Shown: piece by piece, positions 52,030-64,000 of the stretch | How the letters are laid out: each line of letters begins with the position of its first letter | Numbering within the stretch: position 1 is the first letter of the stretch | From: Octopus sinensis | Taxonomy: Eukaryota | Length of the DNA: 64,000 nt | Reading direction: 5' to 3' | Assembly (NCBI RefSeq): GCF_006345805.1 | Contig: NC_043019.1 | Location: 1,860,001 to 1,924,000, forward strand | Made by a program: the position numbers and the translations under genes | Notes under the pieces: generated by a model | Database searches by the model: none | What the model was told of the DNA's origin: nothing | The model's input: the letters and a program-made list of their open reading frames with translations, nothing else

Positions 52030-52610
52030 ATTCATGGATGAAGTAATGGATAATAGTGCAAGTAGGCAGTTATGCTACAGTGAGTAGAAAAAGCCTGTCA
52101 GCAGAGCTACTGCTAGTCTGTGAAATAGAGGTTAAAGACAAGAATTTCAAGAAGTGTAACGACTCGTTGGAAAAGGAGGGAGACTGTCTTAGGCTGACGC
52201 CTCCCAAATAAGTTATTGAGAATACCGAGAAAAGAACTATCATCTACAGAACGTTAAACATAGCAACGAAGAAAGTAGAAATAGCAGCGACGGAAGCGGT
52301 AGAGGAGTGTTTGGGAGGAGAGGTGAAGGAATGTACCACGTTCTACACCAGAAGACGGAAGTTCGGCACGGTAGAGGTGCGCTTTGTAAAAGAAAATGAA
52401 GCAAAGAAATACTCCACTGTGGCCTTGAGATCAGCTGAGTAGGCACTACCGCCTACTTACTGTGACAAACGTGCGGCTAGGGTAAGGATGAGTAGAGTTC
52501 CCCCTGAAATTGACGAGGCATGCTGGTGGCAGCCATACTCTACCATACGGAGGAAGATGAGGAGGTTTTGAAAGTGTCCAAAACTACGGAGGTGAACTGG
52601 TGGGGATGTG
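52030..52610 (+). pseudogene. Decayed retroelement ORF1-like coding relic
   Basis: Purine-rich; FGTVEVRF...ARVRMSRVPPEI; stop codons. Family assignment uncertain. Confidence 0.35.
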
Positions 52611-52907
52611 TATATATATACGTAAATGTAGAACGATGAAATGAGAGCTCATCACCGCGTTCGTGGATATTTTCTTTATTTGTGAATTATGGCTAAATTG
52701 TTTTCATGTTAAGAATAGTAGGAAAATATCCAAATATCTTAATTTTTCAAGCCGATGACATGGTGAAAGGATTTCACCTCCATTTCGTTTAGTTCACGGG
52801 ACATCTCGGAAATTCGTGTAAATGAAACGATGAAACAATGAATCGAAAGATGTTTCTTTAGAAGGCATTCTACAACCAAACATACATAAACTCTAAGGGT
52901 ATATTTT

Positions 52908-52990
52908 TCCCTCTGAAGAGATTATGGTCAGAAATATGAATTTAATTTTTAATTAATTTCACAGTGTATATTTGAAACAGCTGTAAGGGA
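52908..52990 (+). ncRNA. Type I hammerhead motif (H5)
   Basis: UCCCU-CUGAAGA-[long, imperfect helix II]-GAA-ACAGCUGU-A-AGGGA. Confidence 0.7.
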
Positions 52991-53341
52991 TAATGATCGA
53001 TTTCTTGCTGATCATAAACTCTTATTAACTTCAAAATCTCCAATTTCTATTGAAATCTCCGCATGAATATAAACTACAGTTTATATACAAACCTATTATT
53101 TTAAGGAAATCTATTCTCTCAAAATTTTAGGTATTGAACTAGTATTTTCTTGAATGACATGAGGCTAAAATAACCTCAAACTGAATTCTATATGTGTATG
53201 TATGTAAATGTATGTATGTATGTATGTACGTATGTATGCATGCATGCGTGTATGTATGTTTGTATGTATGTATGTATGTATGCATGTATGTATGTATTTA
53301 TGTATGTATGTATGTATGTATATATACATATATATATATAT

Positions 53342-53379
<38 letters not shown>

Positions 53380-53381
<2 letters not shown>

Positions 53382-53580
53382 ATAGGGACAGGTTACAAAA
53401 AAATCAAAAGACGAAAACAGGTGGTGTACAAAACAAACAGATGTATTAGTTTAACGCTCAGGAATAGAAAAAGTCTTTTGCGTTTCGAGCCTACGCTCTT
53501 CTACAGAAAGGGATGCAGAAAAAACAAGGAGAGAAACAAGAAGAGAAAAGAATGTGTGTAGTGGCTAACGATCAATATAT
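53380..53580 (-). mobile_element. H1 element (motif 53475-53510, U16.1C mutation)
   Basis: Homologous to 8990-9170. Confidence 0.75.
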
Positions 53581-53585
53581 ATGTA

Positions 53586-53616
<31 letters not shown>

Positions 53617-54262
53617 GGGAGGAGAAGGGGAGACAAACAGAAAGTCTTATATATTTTATTGGTTATCGCGTGGGATCATGTGTATCCGTTTTCGTGTGTA
53701 TATTTGTGTGTATTGCACATATGTATGGTTGAATGTGTGAGTAATTGTGCCTCTTCTTGTTTACTATTATATACTTTGAGCTAACATTCAAAGTAGAATA
53801 TCAATTTCAGTTTTCACTCAACGGATATCTAGTCGGAAGATTTTTGAAATATCGTAATCCCAGGCAGGGAAATATGAAAACTTTTTTTTGACAGACAGAC
53901 ATGTCTAGGTCCATTACAACAGGAGAAATGTAATTCCACTTTGGAGAATTTCAAGAGCAGTTAGTATTCTTCATCCATTACTACAGATTATAGAATATAC
54001 ATAAATACTAATATAAAGTCACATGCTTTTAAGGATCATTTCTTAAGTATGATACGCGACGACGCTGCTAATATATTTAGATATATAATGATATGTAGAA
54101 GCACATAAAATATAAATAAATATACATATATATGTGTAGATAGAGAGAGGGGGAGATATATCCATTGATACATATATACTTACATGTATATACATATTTA
54201 TATATGTGTGTGAGTGTGTGTCTAAGTACATATATATTCATATATATGTACATATACACGTA

Positions 54263-54341
<79 letters not shown>

Positions 54342-54961
54342 TGATAGAGAGAGAGGGGAGATATATCCATTGATACATGTATATACATATTTACATATAT
54401 ATGTGTATGTGAGTGTGTGTATATGTACATATGTAGTCATATATATGAGCATATATATGTATGTATTCATTTAGCTGTCCATCTACAAATATCTATACAT
54501 ATATATGTATATCTATGCATATATGTATATGCACATGTATATATGTGTATCTATCTATCTATCTATCTATATGTATGTGTGTATGTAAGTATGTATGTAT
54601 GTATGTATGTATGTAATGTGTGTGTATGTGTGTGTGTGCGCGCCACTCTGATATAGTTCTGATGCTTTTACTTCAGATAATTTACTTCAAACATATATCC
54701 ATCTTTTTGTGTCCAGATACACACACACACACGCACACACACACACTCACACACACGCACACACACACTCACACACAGGCACATAGATACATATACACAC
54801 ATATTTACTTCAATTGCAAGTTTCGAAGTAAGTAGAATGCTTTCAATCTTAATACTCAACACATTATACTATAAGTTGACTCTAAAACAGTACACACAAG
54901 TACACACTCATATACATACACGCATGCAGACATACATACATTCATATATATACGTATGCAC

Positions 54962-55030
<69 letters not shown>

Positions 55031-55234
55031 TCTTTTATATACGTATGTACGTATATATTATATATATATATTGTTTATTTTGTTTATCGCTCGCATATAA
55101 CCATTATTTAAAAGGACCAATGAAACAAAACCATTTTTAGAAGAGTATCGTTTAGCTGGTTTTGATCAAATTGTTATCTCGGTTCTATTTTAACAAAACT
55201 GTACGACGAACGGGAACGTGAAACTCCGAGTAGC

Positions 55235-55691
55235 AGCTTAAGGCGATGGCCGCATGGAGCTAATCAGCGACAGCTTTAGGACTTATATCTATAAGACTGC
55301 CATATTAATATGGCGATAACAATTAATTTCCAGTAACGCTGCCGTAATCTCTTTTAGAGAGACTTAGTAATTTTAATATTTCTATCATTGAAAACAAGTG
55401 GATGTATTCCACCGAAACTAGGTAAATAAAGTCTTCGAACAGAGACGATCAGTAGCGACACCTGCTGGGTCTGACTACGCTACATTGATAAAGGGCAACT
55501 ACCCTGAAACGCGTCTGTAGCTGTCTGACTGGCAGTGTGAAGCGGCTGACATCCCTTGTTCGAAGGTTATAATGGACGCAGTTTGTGTGTCAAATAGCTA
55601 GCTTAAGGCGATGGCTTCATGGAGCTAATCAGCAACAGCTTTAGTCTTATATCTATAAGACTGCCATATTAATATGGCGATAACAATTAAT
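55235..55691 (+). mobile_element. 365-bp unit plus 92-bp partial repeat carrying a hammerhead (retrozyme/pLTR-like)
   Basis: Direct repeats 55235-55327 and 55600-55691; hammerhead at 55479-55521. Confidence 0.65.
55479..55521 (+). ncRNA. Type I hammerhead motif (H6) with two core substitutions
   Basis: GCUACA-UUGAUAA-AGGG-CAACUA-CCCU-GAA-ACGCGU-C-UGUAGC. Confidence 0.75.
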
Positions 55692-56328
55692 ATATATATA
55701 CATATATATATATATAAATTTGTGTGTTTTGATTTATGTATTTCTTCCCATGCATATTTTACACATATATACATAAATGATAGACTTCTGGAAAGTTTCA
55801 CAGATTTTTACAGTTCCAGTGATGGCTTGGATATGTAGTATTCGAATCAGCTTTCTTATTTCTACTTTTGGGAAGCCAAATTTCTCAAAATTTCTATTTA
55901 GGGAGCAATAATTACGGGTATAGTCCTGAACTTGTAATCTGGATAGAGTAACTATAGATTTCTCTATGTTTGTATGAATGTATCTATGTATGTATCAACG
56001 TACGGATGTATATATGTATATATGCATGTAAGCATGTATATATGTATGCATGCATAAATGTATGCATGTATGTATGCATGTATTTACTTATGCATACATG
56101 TATGTATGTTTGTATGTACGATGTAAGCATGTATGTATGCATGCATGTATGTACGTAAGTATGTATGTATATGTGTATGTAATTGTACATTTGTGCGTGA
56201 CGTTTGTGTTTCTCCCCACCATCGAGAGACTAAATGTGCTGCTTTATTTAAACCCCCACAATTTAACGGTTCAGCAGAAGACACTGATAAAATATTTGCC
56301 AGGTTTTCAAAAATAATAATTAATAATA

Positions 56329-56491
56329 GGCGCAGGAGTGGCTGTGTGGTAAGTAGCTTGCCTACCAACCACATAGTTCCGGTTTCAGTCCCACTGCGTG
56401 GCATCTTGGGCAAGTATCTTCTGCTATAGTCCCGGGCCGACCAATGCCTTGTGAGTGGATTTGGTAGACGGAAACTGAAAGAAGCCTGTCG

Positions 56492-56522
<31 letters not shown>

Positions 56523-56718
56523 TTGTGTGTCTGTGTTTGTCCCCCTAGCATTGCTTGACAACCGAGGCTGGTGTGTTTACGTCCCCGTCACTTAGCGGTT
56601 CGGCAAAAAGAGATCGATGGAATAAGTACTGGGCTTACAAAGAATAAGTCCCGGGGTCGATTTGCTCGACTAAAGGCGGTGCTCCAGCATGGCCGCAGTC
56701 CAATGGCTAAAACAAGTA
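56329..56718 (+). mobile_element. SINE family A, full length
   Basis: Closest to the family consensus. Confidence 0.95.
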
Positions 56719-57899
56719 TAATATAAAGACGAGCTATATGTACTACCACACAAGCTACGGTATTACATATTCTAAAATTGGAACTATACAGAGATGGTTA
56801 GCCTTCCATATTTTTTAATGGCCGCAGCTCTCGGGTCATAACTAATTAAAGAGATAAAACACATATATGTGTGTGTGTTCGTGTGTGTGTGTGCGTACGT
56901 GCGTGTGTGTGTGCGTACGTGCGTGTGTTTATGCGTGTAAGTGTGAATGAAAATTATTGTAAATCAAAACTGCCGTAATACACACCAACCTCGTCCGGAT
57001 CGCCTTCATCCCGTTGAAAATAATAACAATACAAGTAAAATAATTTCGAGTTTTTCGCCACAGAATGGGCCATTGCACAAATTTGTGAATTACTTTACTA
57101 ACGCACTGATTATATGGTTTCCCCTTTAGGAATTAGCTTCGTACGTATGAATGAACGCAAAGCCATTGACGAACGAGGATTATGGGAAGTAAAGGCTGCC
57201 GACTATAACGTCTGATTCAATCATTACGCCATTAAACAGATATTCTCCCATCTCAAGCGACAACTTGGAAAATAATTCAAAATATAGATATCTCTAAGTT
57301 CGATATGTATTCCGATTAGTGATAATGTGTTCGACAAAAGCAGCATAAAAGTGAAAGAAATACAATTATAACAGGCAAATCTTACAACGAAATTTATTTA
57401 TGTCTCTTCTGACAATCAACGCTTCCCAAAGTCTTCATCTAAAACAGACTACATTGATAAAATCATATCATGCTTGGTCACTTGTGATGGTATCTTCAAG
57501 ACAAAATTGGAATCTTCAAGACAGAATTGTTCAAATATAAAACTTCAGAAACGAGAATCCAAGGAATTTCGCGGTGCAATATATTTGCGTTTGGCAAATT
57601 AGTTTTGTGCTTGTTCTTTGTCGAATACATCAGCTTTATTGTTTGCACAATAACAGCATCATCACGGTTGTCACTTTTATTAACTTTTAATAAATGAATG
57701 GTGGTCTTTAGAATATATTCTCAAGTTTCTTTTGATCCAAAGAGATTGTCTTAATATATCAGCATATATATATATGTGTGTGTGTATATATGTGTGTGTG
57801 TGTGTGTGTGAGTGTAATTATTATTTGAGGGAATATAAATCCCAAATTACAGAGACAGACAAAAATTCAATTTAGAAATACTAAATCAAATTTCACACA

Positions 57900-57947
<48 letters not shown>

Positions 57948-58010
57948 TAGAAAAAAAACACCTTTCATCAATTCAAAAGGAACAATTAAATTACACCATG
58001 TAGAAAATTA

Positions 58011-58222
58011 TATATAATCGAAATATTAAAATTAAAATAAAAATAAAATATCAATGATTATGTAAATTGCAAAACAATAATAAAAACGTATATATATATA
58101 TAAATAATTATATATATATATAATCGAAATATTAAAATTAAAATAAAAATAAAATATCAATGATTAAGTAAATTGCAAAACAATAATAAAAACGTATATA
58201 TATATATAAATAATTATATATA
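58011..58222. repeat. 106-bp near-perfect tandem duplication
   Basis: aatcgaaatatt at 58016 and 58122. Confidence 0.9.
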
Positions 58223-58235
58223 TATATATATATTT

Positions 58236-58355
58236 AGTGGAGCGCAATGGCCCAGTGGATAGAGCAGTGGACTCGCAGTCGGAAGATCGCGGTTCAATTC
58301 CCAGACCAAGCGATGTGTGTGTTTATTGAGCGAAAACACCTAAAAACTCCACGAA
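58236..58355 (+). mobile_element. SINE family E head fragment
   Basis: gcgcaatggcccagtgg...ggttcaattccc. Confidence 0.8.
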
Positions 58356-59166
58356 ACTGCTGTCATAGTGCCAAAATTGGAAACCAATATACTTAAATAA
58401 TCCCACGTATATCATTGCACAAATCTGTGAATTATTTCCCTAACTCACTCATTATATGGTTAGCCTTTAGGAATTAGCTTCATGGTTATGACGGAGAAAC
58501 CATTGACAGATATTAACAACGAAAAGGTTTGGATGCGTAATATTACTATTGATTCAACCTTTGCGCCATATGAGACTCATTCTCGCATTTCAAGTACTGG
58601 TTTGGACAGGAATTCAAAAGATAATATCCCTAAGTTTGATATGTATCGCGAATATTGTCAGAGTTCAACGAAAGCAGCATAAAAGTACAAGAAATATAAT
58701 CTTAGCAGAGACAGCTTTTAACAACCGAATCAATTTCTGTCCACTCTGACAATGAACGCTTCCCAAAATCTTAATATACTAAATTGATAGAACACACTAC
58801 ATTGATAAAATTATATCATGTTTCGTCCCTTGTGTTGGCATCTTCAGGTCAAAATTGTTGAAATATAAATCTTCAGAAACGAGAAACCAAGGAATGAGAT
58901 GGTACACTTTATTTGCGTTTGGCAAATTATTTTGTGCTCATTCATTTTTCGAATTCATCAATTTTCCTGTTTACCAACAAAACTGTACCAACATGGCTGT
59001 TACTTCTTTCATTGTTTACTAAAAATTAAAGGTTTTGGCTTTTGGAATATTTTCGCAAGTTTCTTTTGATCCAACGTGTTTGCCTCCATGCATATGTTAT
59101 TTTATTGCTTTATTCTTTCGTATGTTTCGGCGGCAATAAGGCCGTGGCGATGCTGGAGTGCTGCAG

Positions 59167-59217
<51 letters not shown>

Positions 59218-59301
59218 TGCAGACATACACAGTACAAACATACATGCATGCATACATACGCATACATATATATGTGTATATATATATATATATTATATAT
59301 A

Positions 59302-59335
<34 letters not shown>

Positions 59336-60014
59336 TACAAACAACTGCGTTAGGATTCGAATTCTTAAATTTATAACTCCAGGCTCCGCAGCCCACTTGA
59401 AATTTTGAATAATTGGTGAAAAATTAGTCTATAACACGTTTGACGTTCCTCATTTGATTTTTTTATATCCAGTAATACGTATTAGTTTTCTTTTGTGAAA
59501 TCCCTTGAGCACAAGCGTGTCAAACTCTAAAGCTCTTCAATGTATATCTTTAGGCTCCACAATGCACTTGAAAAATTTCGAAATTATGTGAAATAAATAG
59601 ACATTCGAATTTTCTTTATTACTTTCAATACTAGGTCACCGAATATTTGTGTTACATGAGGTCTAGATTACACACATGTGTAGCAAGTGAACACCAAGTA
59701 TATAGTGCGTGTGTTTTCATTGGCTAAACAGGCAACGTGACTATCCCTAAATACAACAACAGTAAAAAAAATATATTCGTGTTCCAGTGATATATAAGCC
59801 CATGCGTGACTATCAATGTAAGCAAGTGTGCGTGTATGTGTGTGTGTGTGTATGTATATGTTTGTACTGTGTATTTTTTGTGCATCAATGGACGTAACTA
59901 AATATTATTGGCCATGAATGTGTCTGAGTTGTATTACCTTCACAACGTCATTGCTGTCGAGGGTTTAATTAATTTCCTATTGGTTTCAAATTTCAGGACG
60001 CTAACAGCCAGTTC

Positions 60015-60192
60015 AGTGGGAGGGCACTTGTCAATTACATCGACATCAGTATTTCACGGGTACTTATTTTATCCACCCCGAAAGGGTAAAAGGCAAAGTC
60101 GACGACAGCAGAATTTGAACGCAGAACTTAGCGACGGACGAAATGCCGCTAAGCATTTTGTCTGGCCTGCTAACGATTCTGGTAGCTCACCA
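60015..60192 (-). mobile_element. SINE family B
   Basis: Matches the consensus. Confidence 0.8.
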
Positions 60193-61710
60193 CTGAGCAT
60201 TCCCATAGAAAATATATATTTCAGACTATTTGGGATATATACTGTCAAGTACATCTGCATCTAACTATTTAACTAGAGAAAGAGAGAGGGAGAGAGAGAA
60301 GAGAGTGAGGGGAGAGAGAGTAAAGCACAATTGGAAAGACATATCCATTATTTCCTTTCAAATACACCATTGAATGTTCATTCTAAGTGTGACACAATCC
60401 AGGTGGTAGGCAGATAGATACATATTTTCAGCGATAAGATTTACGTGTTGAAATTATGAATGGAAGTGTTTCTCATCCAAAGTTCACGATAAAAGCCTAC
60501 GTTGGTAGTTTCTTTCTATATCCATTCCATTTTATCACAAGAAAGTTTGATGATTCTAAACAAAATGTCTACCAACCATTATCTATCTTTGTTATATGAT
60601 ATATCAAAGTTCAAAAATATCTTAATTTAAATGTCTGATTAATCAAAAGATATTTCACTCTTCTCCTAATTTAAAAAGACGCCATACAAATGCAATGGTG
60701 CCTTTGTGCATTGTTATATGACGTATAACCGGAAGCCAGATGACAAAACGGTTGATAATGACGATGGGCAGTGGTTTAGATTGCTAAACTGTATTATAGA
60801 AATGTAGAATTAGAAAGTTTTCTTCTCGTTTGAAGATTGAATAATTCGCCATAAGTTAAATTCTCTGTAGCATACATACATGCTTAGTTTGCTAAAAAGA
60901 TCTAATTCTGAGACACAGAAAACAGCTGACAATTCGTAAATATTTATCAACGTTCCTTAATGAATGTATTTACTTGCAGGAACTAATAAATATGACAATA
61001 TATCATTCGAAGTGCGCAAAATGAAAATTAGTTTTTGAAACATTCCCATTTCAAAACAGCTAACAATTCATGAATAGTTTCATTTCCTTCAGATGAACGT
61101 TGCAAAGATGAAATATGAAGCGCAATGAAACAAACATTTAGTCTAAAAACTTAAGATTTCTTTTGCTTATCAATTTACGAGCAAATAAGGTCGTAAACGT
61201 TATTTCATTTCCTGTGAACTCGCTTAGCCTGATAAAAGATTCATACAGGCTTCCATAATAAAATATCTCTACAAACATTAAATATTTTGATATTTCACTT
61301 ACTAAATTCTACACAAATGAACAGGCATCTGTCCGTTGATGTTCAAACAGCTAGAAACTTCCTTTTAATTACGACAAGCGTCCGAACTAAAGTCATACTA
61401 CATTTGGTAATGTACTTCTAAGAACATTTAGCGCTCGTCGTGTTCCTCATGGTTGTAATGGCTTTGAGCATAGTTTAGCGTATGTCTGGTCTAGGGCTAA
61501 TTAATAACAATATGCTTAATAAACAGCTCTGTTGGATAACTTAACCTTCGAAACATCGGAAAAATTGACCTCAGATCGCATCATATATCTCTAACATACA
61601 TAATTATTAATCCTTAACATACAAAAATTGCGATAGCCACGGTTTGATCGCTGTCATGCGACAAAACAGAGTAATTTCCAAATATTAATAATATACTTAT
61701 TAAGAGATAA

Positions 61711-61892
61711 GGCGGCCAGGCGAAATGCATAGCGGCATTTCGTCTGCCTTTACGTTCAGAGTTCAAATTCCTTCGTGGTCCAATTTGCCTTTGATCCTTT
61801 CGCGGTGTATAAAATAAGTACCAGTTCAGCACTTGGATCGATGTAATCGATTTACCTTGGAACTTGCTGGCTTGTGTCAAATTTGAAATCAA
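61711..61892 (+). mobile_element. SINE family B (caaatttgaaatc tail)
   Basis: Matches the consensus. Confidence 0.8.
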
Positions 61893-62083
61893 TATATTAA
61901 TTAATAGACAGCTTGCAACCGATTGTAGAATATAAATTGGTCTTTTCGTTAGATAGCATGGAAAATATATATTATATGCCTAAAATAATTAGCATATCCC
62001 TAAAATAATTAACATATCCCTAATATTAATTATCTAAGGATGCCATCTGACTCTGTGTTAAATATCCTTAAATATCATTTCTA

Positions 62084-62262
62084 TTATAAGCACAAAGACT
62101 GAAATTTTGTGGGAGGGGACTAGTCCATTACATCAACCCCAGTACACAACTGGTACTTAATTCATCGACCCCGAAATGATGAAAGGCAAGGTTGACATCG
62201 GCGGAATTTGAACTCAGAACGTAGCAACAGGCGAAATACCGCTAAGCGTTTCGTCCAGCGTT
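62084..62262 (-). mobile_element. SINE family B (actagtcccctccc tail)
   Basis: Matches the consensus. Confidence 0.85.
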
Positions 62263-63769
62263 GCCAGGGCTTTGGAAAGTTCACTATGAAATGTGTTTGC
62301 GGCGATATAAATAAGAGCAATTTCGCTTAATGAACAACACTCGAGTTGTCTGATGGTTTAGATAATATAAATTTGTATTGAAATCTGCTGAAGACAACTC
62401 ACTGATGTATGATTGACTAGAGTTCGCCATTTCGCACTTAATTGAGGTGCAATTAAACGGTGAGACAGCCGGGTGAAAATGCTAATCAATCATTCACACA
62501 GTTTAGGCATGCTTGTGAAACTGCACAATCCACATACAGTAGGCGTTAAAATTTAACCCTGGGTTAAATCTTGCTTTCTTGGTTAGGAGTGTGAAATGAC
62601 GCCAAAGTTCAAAGAAAAAATTTAACTCCCCATTCCACATTTAATTGTGGTGTAATATCATGGGGAAGACAACCGGGTGTAAAATTAAATTCGATCATCC
62701 TAAAGTTAACTAAAAAAGCTAAAGTTTAGTCAGCGGGAGGGCATGAGTAACCGATACGTCAACTTTCGTTTAAGTGGTCTATTATTTCCAGAGGTTAAAA
62801 TACTTTGCTGCGACCATACTATGAACTTTAAAAGTGGTCCAAAGGGGCTCACTGCCCTCCCTAGGAGGCTTCCTTGCAGAATTTCAGTGATAACAAATGT
62901 ACGGTACTTTATCTTATAGCAGGCAATAATCATAATAAACTCCCGAGGTTCTGATGGTCTGTTATTGTGGCAGCTTAAACTATTATGGGTTAATGATTTA
63001 GGCTGATTGTCCCCGAGGGGGTCCTATTACTGAACTGAAATGGAAGTACATGTGCCTCACTGTATCTTCATCTGAAGTTTAATGAATAACAACTGGGGTT
63101 GAAATTCATCTTATGGCACTACCAATTATCGAAGCTATGACCCTTTGCTGCATTTCAATAGCCCAGTTGAATAAATACCACGCATTTGCTTGTTCCGTGT
63201 ATAGACAGTGTCTTGAACATCATCTTTAGGCAATGAGTGACCAATGTATTCCGTAAAGTTAAAATCGAACGTAGAATTCAAAAGTTATCAACTACTAATA
63301 CAGTGTTAAAGTGAATTTCAATAGATAAGTCGAAGTGGATTACTTCCACCCCACCCCGGGGTCTCCTTGATAAGTTCAAATAAAAATTCATGTGGTCACC
63401 TTCCTCTGTGTGCCATAGGTTATCAATACGTTTCGTTTCTTGAAAACAAAACACCAACTCAAGCAGTTGTGACGTTTTGTTGCATTGACGGTATCAACTT
63501 CAACATTCATCAAAATCGGTTTACTGCCCCCACAAGGGGTTTCATACCTGAATTGCTGCGCAAATGTATGCCTGCTATTTTATTTGTAAGCCATAAGCAA
63601 AAAAAAGAATTTTGGTAAAGATGGAAGCAAACTGCAGGAATCATCGGGCCTTTATGCAGTAGTACTGCAGACTCCAGGAGAGTGACTTAAGAGGGGTATC
63701 TGCTCCTGGGGGCGGTACAATCGATGTACGGGAAAATAAAATAATCTACGACGCGTAACAGGACTTCAG

Positions 63770-63865
63770 AAACCTATGTATGAAATTTGGTGCAAATCGA
63801 TTGTAACATGTAGAAATGCATGCAGTTAAACAGACAGACAGACATCTTCTGATTTATATATATAT
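63770..63865 (-). mobile_element. Possible Helitron-like (Lep1/HINE-type) terminal fragment
   Basis: aaatttggtgcaaatcg...acagacagacagac..tttatata resembles the 38320-38360 terminus; the other end was not found. Confidence 0.3.
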
Positions 63866-63962
63866 ATATATTTAGTGAAGGGAAGAAATGGAGCTGAACG
63901 AAGATTCTACAGAATTCTTCAATTATTCGTTCAGCTCCATTTCTTCCCTTCACTAAATATAT
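63866..63962. repeat. Perfect 37-bp inverted repeat of the H4 element terminus, 23-nt spacer
   Basis: Arms 63866-63902 and 63926-63962; homologous to 1491-1530. Confidence 0.9.
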
Positions 63963-64000
63963 TAAACTTCAATTATCCGCGCTAAGGCACGGTTGCGACA

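Larger units (their letters stand above)
57070..59075. repeat. Old local duplication of about 670 bp (57070-57745 vs 58413-59075)
   Basis: Colinear shared blocks such as aaagcagcataaaagt, ctacattgataaaat and cttcagaaacgagaa. Confidence 0.85.

Noticed and set aside
62930-63200. BEL/Pao integrase relic (W.FNP-like)
   Set aside because: Needs frameshifts and lacks the other integrase motifs.

Overview
AT-rich, repeat-saturated eukaryotic DNA (intronic or intergenic) with no supportable host protein-coding exon. The SINE repertoire and microsatellite load suggest an Octopus/coleoid cephalopod genome (inference). Nearly all ORFs in the supplied track are microsatellite read-through artefacts. Content: three main tRNA-derived SINE families (called A, B and E here), several with perfect target-site duplications and B forming about 182-bp head-to-tail arrays; Tc1/mariner relics; LINE relics (RTE, L1/Tx1, and an R4/Dong-like restriction-endonuclease element in TAA repeats); one non-autonomous Helitron with canonical ends; several 100-220 bp foldback hairpins; and many microsatellites. 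The main unexplained signal is about 12 minimal type-I hammerhead ribozyme motifs from at least six short repeat families. All have a palindromic helix III (ACGU, ACGCGU, ACACGUGU, ACAGCUGU) and helices I/II that co-vary between families. This is the architecture of dimer-cleaving Penelope-type hammerheads, here carried on small non-coding elements mostly next to (TA)n tracts. One sits in a 365-bp partial tandem resembling a retrozyme or pLTR. All folding and alignments were done by eye.
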